A stretch of DNA of 37,460 nucleotides. It comes from a virus. Its lineage: Duplodnaviria; Caudoviricetes. The position numbers were made by a program, and so were the translations under genes. The stretch spans positions 1 through 37,460 of IMG/VR virus record IMGVR_UViG_3300032259_000009; one strand, written 5' to 3'. The notes under the pieces are model-generated. The model worked only from the letters and a program-made list of their open reading frames with translations, was not told the DNA's origin and did not search any database. Shown here piece after piece: positions 17,905 to 27,836 of this stretch (position 1 is the stretch's first letter; each line of letters begins with the position of its first letter).

Positions 17905-19806
17905 TCAGCGCTGTGGTTGGTGCTGTAACTGCGGCGGCGGCCTGTGTACCTCAACCATGGTTTTCAAGGCCTCTGCATGAGCCTTGTCGGCCTGTGCTGT
18001 GTTCTTATCGACTTCTGATAGCACCTTGTCAACTGACGCTTTAGCACCAGCAGCCTGTAGCTGTTCCATTTCCTGCTGCTGCTGCTGTTTTGCCCTCTTG
18101 GCTTCTTCGGTGCCCTCGATAGCCTCAATAAACTTGTCTTTGTTACGCAGTGACGACAGCTTAACAAGCTCACTAAATGGAACCTCGCCGCCTGACTTGT
18201 CGTACAGCTTGGCCAGTGTGTCAAATTGCTCTTGCTCAATGTTTGCAACATCTGGTATTTCTTCAAGTATTATATCTACATCGATTTGCGCCAGCTCATT
18301 CTCAACCTTAACAACCTGGTTCATGCGCGGATCATTGGCATACTGCGTCATCATCTGCTGCAACAGCTCCGGATTGTTTTGATATTTCTGCTGCAATACA
18401 TCTCGAGCTGTTACCTTCCTGTTTAGCGCTACCCATTTCAGGTTCTTTTCATCATCAGTAACGCGGATCCAGCGTTCTTCTGTCCAGAATTGGCGCACCC
18501 GATACCATACATGCCTGTATATTTCGCGTTTCCAATTTGTATGTGCGTTAAATATTGGCCCAAGCTCAACTTGTCCGGCCTGCTGCTTGATTTGGTCCTG
18601 GCGGCCCGATGTGCTGCCGCCATCTTTTCCCTGCAGGCTGGCATTGGATCCAATCATATCGATTTCGTTTTTTGCATCCTGCATCAAACTGAAATGCGCT
18701 TGTTCAAGATCACCAGTCGGTATGACGCCAAAATGCTTGCCAAACTCGCCGCGCTGCATCTTCACATGGCCATCAGGCAAAGCCAGTTGCCGCTTAGCCT
18801 CATTCTCATCAGCCACTGCGCCCTCGGTGCTGTATGTCTGTCGGCTATTGCCGAGGTGCAGGAACTTCGACCGGCGCTTGTTCAGCTCGTCCTGCTGGCT
18901 GATAACCTGGCGGACAGATCCGTAACGGTTACCATCACGATCAACAAAAACTGACTGAAAGATAAGCGCACAATCTGGCTCATCCATATCATTGAGATAA
19001 GGCGATTCTGCCGGACCATCAAGAAATCCGCTCTCAGTATAAAAGGCATAATGCCAAACGCCATTTTTCAGAAAGTAAATATAATTGAACCTTACACGCT
19101 GACGGCCATCATCAACGGCTGTCCATTGTGTGCGGGGTGTATCCATAAATGTTTCATCGTGGCTGTTCGACTCGAACGATGCCATGATAATGTCTTCTTT
19201 GTCCGGCCATCTGTCTATTGCATCCTCGACATCAAGCCAAACCGACACGCCTTTATATTTGGCGTCAGAGAAATCAGGCTTGCGGCTGTGTACATCGTAA
19301 AATATACGATCCCATTCAGCGGTTACTATCTCAACTTGCAGCTTTCCACCGCGCTTCTTAACCAACACTTCGGCGGCCTCGATGCCTTCAATATTAAGGT
19401 TTTTAAATCCATTCGACGCCTGGTCCTGAAAATCATTGTTATCGCAAACAAACCGGATCGCATCTGTAATCGATTCAGCGTCCTTTTCATGTACGGGTGT
19501 GCGTGGGTACGCCTTTGGGTCTGTGCGTGTCTGCTGTTCTAGCCCAATCAGATAATCAACCTTTGGCTTGATTCTGTTACTCGTAATAACCGGCTGACCT
19601 CTGCTTTCTACTATATCGACCTCATCCTGAGTCCATTGTTTGTTATCGTAGTAATCGCGGTCACGTTCAGCCTCCGCCCTGGATTCAATAGTCTGGTTGA
19701 TATAATCATCATAATAACGGATGACCATATCAAGGTCGGCGGAATTGGTAGCATCATTACCGCTCTGGTCATCATTATAATCTTGATCAATCATCGCGTT
19801 TTCCAT
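17905..19806 (-). CDS. Portal protein, P22-like (start may be 19794)
   Basis: DRDYYDNKQW…RGQPVITSNRIKPKVD…G, QDELNKRRSK, Gln-rich C-terminal barrel; follows TerL. Confidence 0.92.
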   Translation of the reverse strand: MENAMIDQDYNDDQSGNDATNSADLDMVIRYYDDYINQTIESRAEAERDRDYYDNKQWTQDEVDIVESRGQPVITSNRIKPKVDYLIGLEQQTRTDPKAYPRTPVHEKDAESITDAIRFVCDNNDFQDQASNGFKNLNIEGIEAAEVLVKKRGGKLQVEIVTAEWDRIFYDVHSRKPDFSDAKYKGVSVWLDVEDAIDRWPDKEDIIMASFESNSHDETFMDTPRTQWTAVDDGRQRVRFNYIYFLKNGVWHYAFYTESGFLDGPAESPYLNDMDEPDCALIFQSVFVDRDGNRYGSVRQVISQQDELNKRRSKFLHLGNSRQTYSTEGAVADENEAKRQLALPDGHVKMQRGEFGKHFGVIPTGDLEQAHFSLMQDAKNEIDMIGSNASLQGKDGGSTSGRQDQIKQQAGQVELGPIFNAHTNWKREIYRHVWYRVRQFWTEERWIRVTDDEKNLKWVALNRKVTARDVLQQKYQNNPELLQQMMTQYANDPRMNQVVKVENELAQIDVDIILEEIPDVANIEQEQFDTLAKLYDKSGGEVPFSELVKLSSLRNKDKFIEAIEGTEEAKRAKQQQQQEMEQLQAAGAKASVDKVLSEVDKNTAQADKAHAEALKTMVEVHRPPPQLQHQPQR

Positions 19807-21218
19807 GATTCAGGTGCTCTCTTTCTTCCCCAGGCGTCCAGGTCTTCATCTGGCTCTTGCTGTGGCAGTTTTCGTGTATAAGGCCTGGACATGCAAGCGT
19901 AGCGCCATTCATCGGCTGCGTGGTCTTCGCCATTTGTATCCAGATCCTCCGGCTTAATATCACTGTGCTGCTGCGTAGGTATCGTTCTGATCGACGCCTT
20001 GCAGGTGTTAAAACAGTAAATCATTGGTTTACCATTTTCTCCGATCATCCGTGACCTCATCTGATCCCAGCCACCAAGCTGGCCACCTCGATGTGCTACA
20101 CGTTTATTGTCAGCACGCACCCAGGCTATAGGCAGCATCCTTTCTGCTATGCTGGGCCCGCCATCCTCAGAAAATATCGACGGATCCGCAACACTGTAAT
20201 CAATGCGCTCATTTTCCCGCTCCAGGATCCCATCACTAACCTGCTCTGCCGTCATCTTTAAGCCGACATTGGCTGATTTTGCCCCGTACCATTCCCGATA
20301 TCTGACCATGGCCCCCTTGGGTATTACAAAGCCATCAGGGTGAATGAAATCCTCCGATGCCAAGGCCCACCATCCAACACTGAACGGCTTGGCTGAGCCC
20401 CAATCAAATGATCTGAACCTTAACCAGTGATCCGGTAGACTAACAGGCCTGATCACCATGCGCGGATCCCAGCAATCGAAATAAGCGCCTTCGACGGCGT
20501 TCCAGTCGCCGTTTAACCAGGCTTCTACCAGCGCTTTGGATCCAACCAGGTATAGACGATTAACATAATTCGGATCGTTGGCCATCAGTATCCGGTTATT
20601 CTTGAGCTGTGACGGTATAAATACATACCGGTGTTTAAACCCGTTCGGCAAATCTCTTGTTAACAACTGCATTCCGTTAGGGTTCGGATCGATATATCGT
20701 TCTTTGATCCATCCCTGGCCAGCACCACCCGGGTTGCCAGTCAACAATAACTGCGTGGGTATGCCTGATGCACTGCGCAAAACACCGTTTAGCCGGTCTA
20801 TTGGCCCTGGATCCGGATAAATACCGGCTTCCTCGACACAAGCATCAGTGACGTTCTGGCCCTGATACTTGTCTGCATCCTTGATCGACTCCAATGGCCT
20901 GAAACGTAACCTGCAACCAGTTGGATGCCTCCAGGTTCTTTTTTGGTCCTGCCATTTGCAGCCTAATTGCTCAAATATATCTTTGCTACGCTCGATCGCG
21001 TCATCGAGCATTGGCACTTCCTGGCGAAAGAAAACGCCATTAAAGTACTTTCCGTACATCTCCATTTTGATAGCATACTTGCCTAGTACACCGTCTGTCT
21101 TACCTCCACCCCTAGCGCCACCGTAGAAAATTTCAGGGAGTGGGCAATCAATCAGCGCTTTCTGCGGTCCCTTCTGCGGGCTCCAAATCGCCACAATATT
21201 CTTTTTCCCACTGTTCAT
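19791..21218 (-). CDS. terL: Terminase large subunit
   Basis: Walker A GGARGGGKT, Walker B CVEEA, TGNPGG, nuclease FDWG…ADPS…EDHAADEWRY. Confidence 0.95.
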   Translation of the reverse strand: MNSGKKNIVAIWSPQKGPQKALIDCPLPEIFYGGARGGGKTDGVLGKYAIKMEMYGKYFNGVFFRQEVPMLDDAIERSKDIFEQLGCKWQDQKRTWRHPTGCRLRFRPLESIKDADKYQGQNVTDACVEEAGIYPDPGPIDRLNGVLRSASGIPTQLLLTGNPGGAGQGWIKERYIDPNPNGMQLLTRDLPNGFKHRYVFIPSQLKNNRILMANDPNYVNRLYLVGSKALVEAWLNGDWNAVEGAYFDCWDPRMVIRPVSLPDHWLRFRSFDWGSAKPFSVGWWALASEDFIHPDGFVIPKGAMVRYREWYGAKSANVGLKMTAEQVSDGILERENERIDYSVADPSIFSEDGGPSIAERMLPIAWVRADNKRVAHRGGQLGGWDQMRSRMIGENGKPMIYCFNTCKASIRTIPTQQHSDIKPEDLDTNGEDHAADEWRYACMSRPYTRKLPQQEPDEDLDAWGRKRAPESWKTR

Positions 21219-21504
21219 CGCTCATTGGTTCCGCATTAATGACACGGCTGACAATCTCACCTTCGAAATTGGCTTCAACTGTCGCAAGATCTGGCATGAC
21301 TTTGCGAAGCAGACCAAGCGCGGCATTAACCTGGGCTGACGACATGGGCTTAAACTTGGCCTTGTTGCGTACCTTGCCCGTTTTTTCATTTACAATACCT
21401 TCCGGATCATTAAGAATGAAATCCTGTATTCTGTTAATAATCTGCGTGGCCTTGATCTTTTGGCGTGTACGCTCATCCCATAATAATTGTTTTCTTACAG
21501 CCAC
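21148..21504 (-). CDS. terS: Terminase small subunit (GTG start)
   Basis: GGAG 7 nt before GTG; KIKATQIINRIQD…MSSAQVNAALGLLRKVMPDL; overlaps the terL start by 71 nt. Confidence 0.75.
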   Translation of the reverse strand: MAVRKQLLWDERTRQKIKATQIINRIQDFILNDPEGIVNEKTGKVRNKAKFKPMSSAQVNAALGLLRKVMPDLATVEANFEGEIVSRVINAEPMSDEQWEKEYCGDLEPAEGTAESAD

Positions 21505-21508
21505 GTTA

Positions 21509-21817
21509 TTACTCCGCCGGCTTGTGTTTAACAATTTTCAGCAATACAGATACGGGTGAACATACGCCAGTATCAAGTGTTGGCACACATTTGATCAGGT
21601 ATTCACTTTTATCAGGCGCATCAGAATCAGCCGTAATGATGACAGTGCCTACATTGCTGGCCACCTCCTCACCACTGAATGATATATTGCTATCCACCGG
21701 ATCAGATGTATATGCAACAGAAACAAGCGAGGATCCAGCAGGTAGCCGGCGCGTCCAATCAATTCCAAAGGTATCAGATCCACCAGTGGCCAATGCCGGC
21801 CAGCGTTTAGCGGCCAT
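21509..21817 (-). CDS. Small beta-sandwich fibre adaptor-like protein
   Basis: DTFGIDW…LP…Y.IKC…T pattern; last gene of a coupled fibre-like module. Confidence 0.55.
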   Translation of the reverse strand: MAAKRWPALATGGSDTFGIDWTRRLPAGSSLVSVAYTSDPVDSNISFSGEEVASNVGTVIITADSDAPDKSEYLIKCVPTLDTGVCSPVSVLLKIVKHKPAE

Positions 21818-23190
21818 TATCGATCACCTGCCCTAATTATATTGTCCTGATTGCCAAGTCTGATCATATTGTTTTGCTTCCCAATAAACAAAGTATTGAA
21901 TTTCTTATTAAGTATTGATACCAAGTTCGGTTTGCTCAGTTCAATTATGTTATTTTGTCGTGTCATTATAATAATCCGCTGGTCTTTAATTAAGAAGATC
22001 AGATTCTTCTTGATGATAACAATTACTTTCCAAAGTCTATCCCACCAGGCTTGCCACCATGATTTCGGTACACCTTCAGATGACATAAGCATCGTGTCAT
22101 GCGTCAATAGCCCCATTGTGGCCAGGACATGGTGGTATTCCTTGTAAACCCCTGTAGGCGCATCGAAAATAAAATGCACCGTTGCTGCGCCAATCTGCGC
22201 CGTCAGCGTGATAGGATCGACGGTTACCAGGAGCAATTGCACATCTGGCTCAGGCACATGCACTGACAGTGTGATCGAATCGGCTGGGACCTGAATAGCT
22301 ACGCTGGAACTGTTAATTGCCGCCAACAACACAATCGGGTCAACATCGATAAATAAGTCTTTCAGTATTGTAGTGGCTGGAAGTGATGCGCTCATGCCGA
22401 TTGCAGCATCAACAGCCAAGATTGAATAAAATTTTTCAATTGGCCAGACCCAGGTTTGCATCATAATCGGGTCAACAGCGATAAATAAGTCTTTCAGTAT
22501 TACCGGCACCGGCAACACAGTAGTCATTATGATAGGGCTGACCGCTACTTCAATCGGCCCCACTGGCCCCGGTAATGCCGTTGCCATAATAATTGGATTC
22601 GCCATAACAGTTGGCAGTATGAACGAATCATATTGCGCCGTTAAGCTGGTTATTCTTATGCCGCTGCGCTTTATTTGAAAAAACGTATTGCTAGGCGCTG
22701 TGTACGTTGAATCGGTAGCCGATGCTGTAACGCCGTCGAGTGTTGCTGATATAGACGTTCCGAGCACTGAAAAAACAACAGGATAAAAAGCGCGTGTTAA
22801 TTCGATATTGACCGATGTCGCGATTAATGTACCGCCAGCGTACAGCTCGATTTGTGCTGATTCATTTGAGCCAGTGCCTTTAACAACCTTACACTTGTAC
22901 CCACGCGCACCGATCATCAGATAATTGCCAGTTACAAACTGACCATACTGGCTGGTAAAATCTGCATTTAATGTTAAAACAACATCAGGATCTTCAAGCA
23001 CATTGCTGACATAAGCAGTGCCAAGTGTTAATGCTGAAATATTCTGTACAAAACCACCGCCAGGATTTATGGTCAATACGCTATTGGTATCGCTCCATGT
23101 CTTTCCGTATTCGTCAATTTCTGATGCGTGGTCGCTGAGTAACCCACTGCCGGTAAATGAGTCATAGCGAAATATTGAGCCAGCGGCCAC
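21817..23190 (-). CDS. Fibre-module protein: lectin-like N-domain, about 22-aa PIxM repeats, 9-aa C-terminal repeats
   Basis: YDSFTG…L N-terminus; seven V-x-P-I-x-[ML]…P units; RQNNIIEL/KQNNMIRL/NQDNIIRA tail. Confidence 0.6.
   Translation of the reverse strand: MAAGSIFRYDSFTGSGLLSDHASEIDEYGKTWSDTNSVLTINPGGGFVQNISALTLGTAYVSNVLEDPDVVLTLNADFTSQYGQFVTGNYLMIGARGYKCKVVKGTGSNESAQIELYAGGTLIATSVNIELTRAFYPVVFSVLGTSISATLDGVTASATDSTYTAPSNTFFQIKRSGIRITSLTAQYDSFILPTVMANPIIMATALPGPVGPIEVAVSPIIMTTVLPVPVILKDLFIAVDPIMMQTWVWPIEKFYSILAVDAAIGMSASLPATTILKDLFIDVDPIVLLAAINSSSVAIQVPADSITLSVHVPEPDVQLLLVTVDPITLTAQIGAATVHFIFDAPTGVYKEYHHVLATMGLLTHDTMLMSSEGVPKSWWQAWWDRLWKVIVIIKKNLIFLIKDQRIIIMTRQNNIIELSKPNLVSILNKKFNTLFIGKQNNMIRLGNQDNIIRAGDR
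22333..22501. repeat. 37-bp intragenic direct repeat (22333-22369, 22465-22501)
   Basis: AATCGGGTCAACA[T/G]CGATAAATAAGTCTTTCAGTATT, 1 mismatch, 132-nt offset; encodes ILKDLFIxVDPI twice. Confidence 0.9.
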
Positions 23191-23193
23191 GGC

Positions 23194-24561
23194 TTACGGC
23201 TCAGTAGCTTCAACCCTGGTGACGCCTGGATTGCTATTGTCATACAATATCATTTCTGTACCCTGATCGTCATATCTCTGAGTTTCGGTCTGTGTGATCG
23301 GGTTGCCTTTCTGCCAGCCCATTAATTTAATCAACCGGCGCAACTCATATTCAGCAATCGGCAAAAGATTAACCTTGCCACGGATATTCAATATATAGGC
23401 TTCGTATAGGCTAATCATAAACTCTACGTGCTCGGCGGCAACGTCAGCATTTCTGATTTTAACTTCCACCTGCCTGTCATCACCCACTTCTGCTGATAGC
23501 CGATAATACGTCGACGTAAGTCCATCAGTATTCGGTGATTCAACAACGCCTGTGCTTGTCCAGTCTAGCAACACTGTTCGAGCGCCTGCGGTCATATCAT
23601 AAATGGCAACCTCAACAGTACTGTTGGATGTAAATCCTGTAACACCAATAGCAGGCGGTTTGCCCATTACGTCAACATCGCGCACCACAAACAGCATGGA
23701 TATTGGCTGGGCTTCAATAACCGATGGAATGTTTGCAAAAGATGCGGGAATAGCAACATCAAATATTAACGGGGCAGCAAACGCGACAGTTTCTGTGCCT
23801 GCTACCGATGCGGGTATAAGGCTGTTTATTATAATTGGATCAGGCGTTATTGTGACCGGCGGGCTATACCATGATGATGCTGGTATTGCTGTTGCCATTG
23901 TTATCGGGCTTGCAATTACGGTGGTCGGTGCTGCTAGTATTTCTGTAAGATTTTCAACATAGCACGCTATTGAACTAGGGGCTGTAGCACCTGTTCCAAC
24001 GACACTAGGCCCCCATATATATCTAAAATCTACTTTAGCACTAAGCGCAATAGATAGATTATATGTGGCGCTTGTTTCGCTGTCGCGATTAGCACTTGTG
24101 CTATAAACATCAACATAAACAGTACCATTAGTGCCTACAGACTCATCTCTAGTGACGCGAATATATTGAACATCATCTTTGACTACGGTGTACGCGGTAA
24201 CGTCACTTGCAGTTATTGATCCGCCTGGATAACATTCAAGCAATAATAGTCTATTGCCGTTGAGGGATGTTTGAAGCCAAACCTCTATACAGGAATCATA
24301 GTCGTTTGGATCATTCGTTGTATTAGTTACACTCCATATAAGTGCAGACTGGGTACTAGTAGATGTCCATTCTGTGGTTAATACAGCATCAAGGGTAAAC
24401 TCAAAGTCGCCGTTATAATATGCAGCGCCCTGATCTAACCATAACTGTGCATCATTTGTCCCATCGCACGCAGCGAGCGTTGCTCTAGCGCTTGTGGTAG
24501 AAAGCAATGTACCAGCGTCTGCTCCAGCGGCGGTGAATGTTGTGAAGTTTAATACACCCAC
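23194..24561 (-). CDS. Fibre-module protein: beta-rich N-domain plus four PIxx…IPA repeats
   Basis: Thr/Ser-rich; ASPITMATAIPAS / PDPIIINSLIPAS / AAPLIFDVAIPAS / AQPISML. Confidence 0.6.
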   Translation of the reverse strand: MGVLNFTTFTAAGADAGTLLSTTSARATLAACDGTNDAQLWLDQGAAYYNGDFEFTLDAVLTTEWTSTSTQSALIWSVTNTTNDPNDYDSCIEVWLQTSLNGNRLLLLECYPGGSITASDVTAYTVVKDDVQYIRVTRDESVGTNGTVYVDVYSTSANRDSETSATYNLSIALSAKVDFRYIWGPSVVGTGATAPSSIACYVENLTEILAAPTTVIASPITMATAIPASSWYSPPVTITPDPIIINSLIPASVAGTETVAFAAPLIFDVAIPASFANIPSVIEAQPISMLFVVRDVDVMGKPPAIGVTGFTSNSTVEVAIYDMTAGARTVLLDWTSTGVVESPNTDGLTSTYYRLSAEVGDDRQVEVKIRNADVAAEHVEFMISLYEAYILNIRGKVNLLPIAEYELRRLIKLMGWQKGNPITQTETQRYDDQGTEMILYDNSNPGVTRVEATEP

Positions 24562-25931
24562 TATGAGACACCTATGATTTTATTTCCTGACCCCGTATTT
24601 ACGCTCGGATACCCTGCGCCACTTCCAGCCGCAAAGGTACTCAACACATTATTATTGCCAGTAACATAATAATTGCCGCTGCTATGATAATGTCCAACAT
24701 TACTTATCGCACATTTATTAGCACCAATTAATTTAACTGCATACCCTGCAAAGAGGTTATCAAAATAAGCATCGTTCATGTACTGTTGGTCAGCGTGCGA
24801 TTCAAAGCCATGCTTGGATAAATAGCCGTGTATATGCCTGTATTGCATAAAATCACCACCCGCAATATAAATACAGGACTCTACATTAGCACCATGTACT
24901 GTGGAAATGGTTGAAGTAAGCCTATGTCCTCGGAAATCAATATTGTCTAAAAGGCCGCCACCATAAGGCGCGACGGTATCCATATAGAACCCATAGTTTC
25001 TAAAACCCTCAATAAACGTGTCTCGAATAGTTAATGACCATGCGATTCTGTGGGTAACGCCGCGCCAGAATCTTGATAGGTTCATATTTAAAATATTTAC
25101 ACTCGATACAATCCCACTGCTCCCGTAAGTTTCGTATGCCTCGCCTGTAGTTACGCCACCGACCGCTATACCTGAATAACCTGCCATCTCAATGGTACTG
25201 TGAGGCTCCAATACAAAACCATTCAGTGTGCAATTGTTTGACCCGGCAAACATCATGTCATCGTCATCGAATCTTTGATAAATTATAGCTACTGGTGTTT
25301 GCGTGAAATACGGACCGCTTAAATGCGGGTATTCATTTAATGATATATACAAATCGCACCCAAACATCCCAGGGCCAAACACCTGAGTTCCTAGTTTGGT
25401 AAACTCTAGCTTGCTGGTTACTATGGATTTTAAACCACTCGGCAAGTATGACTTAGAAAGGTTCCCTTCATTTAAATAATTCTGTATCGCAACAGTGTCA
25501 TCATGATAGACAGTCGTTCCGGCACTTTTTGTAGTAACGATGGTGTCATTAAGATCAATCCTTCCTCCACCGGAAACACTGTATACACTTGTAATCAGAT
25601 CAGCTCCCGCTGTCCCTGCACCCACAATAGCTATTCCGTGTCCGGCGCTATAGTGTGTGTTGTCTACAACATAAATGTAATTATTGCCAGACACAACCGG
25701 TGAAGCCAGTACAGTTTCCGTATCAACTCCAGCAGCACTATAATCATCAATTACGCTAGACCATTCGCCGGCCATAACAAATGGAGGACTGCCGCCATTG
25801 TTTGGTACCCACTCATTACCTGTGTTGGACGAATTGCGAGCCAACAAATAACTGGCAACTGGTGACGGAACATCAGTTAAGTCTACAAGTCTCTGGAATA
25901 CTGCACTAATAAACCTGCCGAATGTAGACAT
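24561..25931 (-). CDS. Tailspike/depolymerase-like right-handed beta-helix protein
   Basis: N-terminal LVDLTDV anchor, DDTVAIQ cap motif of pectate-lyase-like beta-helices, Asn/Gly-rich rungs; visibly more AT-rich than the core genes. Confidence 0.7.
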   Translation of the reverse strand: MSTFGRFISAVFQRLVDLTDVPSPVASYLLARNSSNTGNEWVPNNGGSPPFVMAGEWSSVIDDYSAAGVDTETVLASPVVSGNNYIYVVDNTHYSAGHGIAIVGAGTAGADLITSVYSVSGGGRIDLNDTIVTTKSAGTTVYHDDTVAIQNYLNEGNLSKSYLPSGLKSIVTSKLEFTKLGTQVFGPGMFGCDLYISLNEYPHLSGPYFTQTPVAIIYQRFDDDDMMFAGSNNCTLNGFVLEPHSTIEMAGYSGIAVGGVTTGEAYETYGSSGIVSSVNILNMNLSRFWRGVTHRIAWSLTIRDTFIEGFRNYGFYMDTVAPYGGGLLDNIDFRGHRLTSTISTVHGANVESCIYIAGGDFMQYRHIHGYLSKHGFESHADQQYMNDAYFDNLFAGYAVKLIGANKCAISNVGHYHSSGNYYVTGNNNVLSTFAAGSGAGYPSVNTGSGNKIIGVS

Positions 25932-26359
25932 TACCCGATGTACGCAATACCGTCTGCGTGGAACTGAATCACGAAATCAGTACCGGCGCTGGACTTGTCG
26001 CTGGCAAAGTCAATAAAACCGATAATAGTGGATGTTGACCCTGTACCAGTGGACTCATAAACACACGCGTAACGCACAGATGAAATTGTACTTGATGCCC
26101 AGGTAACATCGGTAGCATCAAAAACGCCGCGATCATTGGTTGTATCAATCGTTGCCGATTTACCAGCAAGTGTAGCGCCGCCGGTTGTATAGCCGCCGGT
26201 TGCTGGCGCTTCGTTGGTCAAGTCAGAATAAAACTTGTGTGTATCTGCATCTGGCGTAAGGGTTGAGGTGTGCAACGAAACCTTGATTGTTGCAGTCAGT
26301 ACATCGACGCCGCCTGTGAACGCTTCAAGTTTGATTTGATTGCTTGCAAGATTAGCCAT
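25931..26359 (-). CDS. 142-aa Thr/Gly-rich structural protein (fibre/filament subunit-like)
   Basis: IKVSLHT…NE…GGYTTGGATL…FDATDVTW…RYACVY…IGFIDF, a pattern common in phage minor-structural modules. Confidence 0.7.
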   Translation of the reverse strand: MANLASNQIKLEAFTGGVDVLTATIKVSLHTSTLTPDADTHKFYSDLTNEAPATGGYTTGGATLAGKSATIDTTNDRGVFDATDVTWASSTISSVRYACVYESTGTGSTSTIIGFIDFASDKSSAGTDFVIQFHADGIAYIG

Positions 26360-26906
26360 GATTCACCTCCGTACCCTGTGTGCCGGTTTTAACGTGAATC
26401 GGACGAACACGCACCATTGTTGCATCAGGATCAGGGGTGAATGCAACCTGGCTGGCTTGTATAAACTTACGTTTACAGATTGGGCACTTTTCCGGCGGAT
26501 CATTTTCGACAAACCGGATGCTGGTCGGCACAAACGTATCGTCCACCTTGTCGGCCTGATCGGGTAACAATACCAGTTCGCGCACTTTCTCTAATTTGCG
26601 CGTTTCTTGATTTTTCACATTGATTGTTACATGACCGCAACAGGACATCTTATGCTGTTTGACTACAACTTGCGGGCAACAGGCCAGTGCCTCATCAATC
26701 GCCTTGAGTACCGCCGGACGGGCTGATCGTATAGGCGCATCAGGTGATTCAGGGCTAAATTCTTCGGCGGCTTCCATCTCGCGCATACGTTGCAGCACAT
26801 GAAAGCCGTGAGGCGCATCTGGCTTACTCGGATCGGCGGCTCGCTCAATAGCTTCAATGACACGATCTTCATTGCCTGCCAATAATCGTTTAATTTCCTG
26901 GGTCAT
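26352..26906 (-). CDS. First late gene, 184-aa Cys-containing hypothetical protein
   Basis: GGAGG before ATG 26906, directly after tR'; CC, SCCGH and CPIC motifs. Confidence 0.65.
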   Translation of the reverse strand: MTQEIKRLLAGNEDRVIEAIERAADPSKPDAPHGFHVLQRMREMEAAEEFSPESPDAPIRSARPAVLKAIDEALACCPQVVVKQHKMSCCGHVTINVKNQETRKLEKVRELVLLPDQADKVDDTFVPTSIRFVENDPPEKCPICKRKFIQASQVAFTPDPDATMVRVRPIHVKTGTQGTEVNHG

Positions 26907-26930
26907 GTAAAACCTCCAATAACTAAGCAC

Positions 26931-26955
26931 AAAAAAACCCGCTCGGGGCGGGTTT
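26931..26955 (-). terminator. tR'-like intrinsic terminator
   Basis: Minus strand AAACCCGC-CCCGA-GCGGGTTTTTTT, about 40 nt after the late promoter. Confidence 0.85.
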
Positions 26956-26994
26956 ATTACGTTTTGGGTGATTTCTCTCACCCTACTGAGAAAC

Positions 26995-27024
26995 AGCATA
27001 AAACTGGCTAGCCACTTTTGTCAA
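26995..27024 (-). promoter_or_regulatory. pR'-like late promoter
   Basis: TTGACA(27024-27019)-N18-TATGCT(27000-26995) immediately after the stop of the Q-like gene. Confidence 0.75.
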
Positions 27025-27029
27025 CTATT

Positions 27030-27539
27030 TCACGGCATTGCCTCATTTGCGTATAGGTAAGCATCCAGCCAGTGGTGCAGGTTATCGACCATAGCCTTGA
27101 ACCTGGCCGGCGATACATTCAGATCCTTGGCGCAATAAGTTGTAGGTAATTCAAGCACATACTTTTCCCAAGCCACCACAATCAATACCGGATTACTTAT
27201 CACCCGCAGCCCATTATTGATCATCTCCGAGTTTTTATCGTTACTGGTCTTGATATTAATAACACCAGGTTTGGTGCTCTTCGCGGTCATTGTTGGCAGC
27301 GGGGCAAGCAGGCCGCCACATTTCCCGTTGTCTTTTGGTGTGGTACACGATTGTAAATATTTGTACCTCGCCCCACAGTCCAGGCAGTGGTAAGTGATTT
27401 TTCCGATTGTGGTAGGCATCTTTTCCCGCATCAGCCTGTATTCAACTGAATGATCGGGAAAGCCCAAGGCGGCGGAGTGAACAGACACTCTTTTCCACTC
27501 ACCCCACTGCCTGAGCATTTTGTCGATGTGCTTAATCAA
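27030..27539 (-). CDS. Late antiterminator Q-like protein with a four-Cys insert
   Basis: IDKMLRQWGEW…LGFP N-terminus, C-terminal HTH-like KY…AKDLNVS; sits just before pR'/tR'. Confidence 0.7.
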   Translation of the reverse strand: MIKHIDKMLRQWGEWKRVSVHSAALGFPDHSVEYRLMREKMPTTIGKITYHCLDCGARYKYLQSCTTPKDNGKCGGLLAPLPTMTAKSTKPGVINIKTSNDKNSEMINNGLRVISNPVLIVVAWEKYVLELPTTYCAKDLNVSPARFKAMVDNLHHWLDAYLYANEAMP

Positions 27540-27554
27540 GGTATTGCGGTGATA

Positions 27555-27836
27555 TTATTCCGCAGTGTGGTGCTTAGCAGCTTGTTCCTTCTGGTACGGC
27601 ATCCAGCAACAGCTACCGCGAGGACAATCTTTATCGTCACCTTGCCATAGCGGAACAGATGTTTTCGGCATCGTGTTTCCGTTATGGTCGTGGACGGCCA
27701 AATTAACCATTCCTTCATTCCACACATAAGCGATGGTTGCCGCGCAAAACGCCTCGGTGTCGTTAATTGATACCAATGTATCACTGACGTGTGGCCAGTA
27801 CCATACAACACGCCCGATTGTTGGTTTGATATTCAT
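27555..27836 (-). CDS. Phage hypothetical protein (IKPTIGRVV type)
   Basis: RBS AGAGGA; PTIGRVV…AATIAYVW…VNLAV…WMPYQ. Confidence 0.75.
   Translation of the reverse strand: MNIKPTIGRVVWYWPHVSDTLVSINDTEAFCAATIAYVWNEGMVNLAVHDHNGNTMPKTSVPLWQGDDKDCPRGSCCWMPYQKEQAAKHHTAE

Noticed and set aside
26907-26999. N-terminal extension of the 215-aa ORF
   Set aside because: It runs through the promoter and tR' terminator; the RBS supports ATG 26906.
27536-27811. 91-aa alternative-frame ORF overlapping the 93-aa gene
   Set aside because: No RBS or recognisable motif, unlike the RusA overlap.
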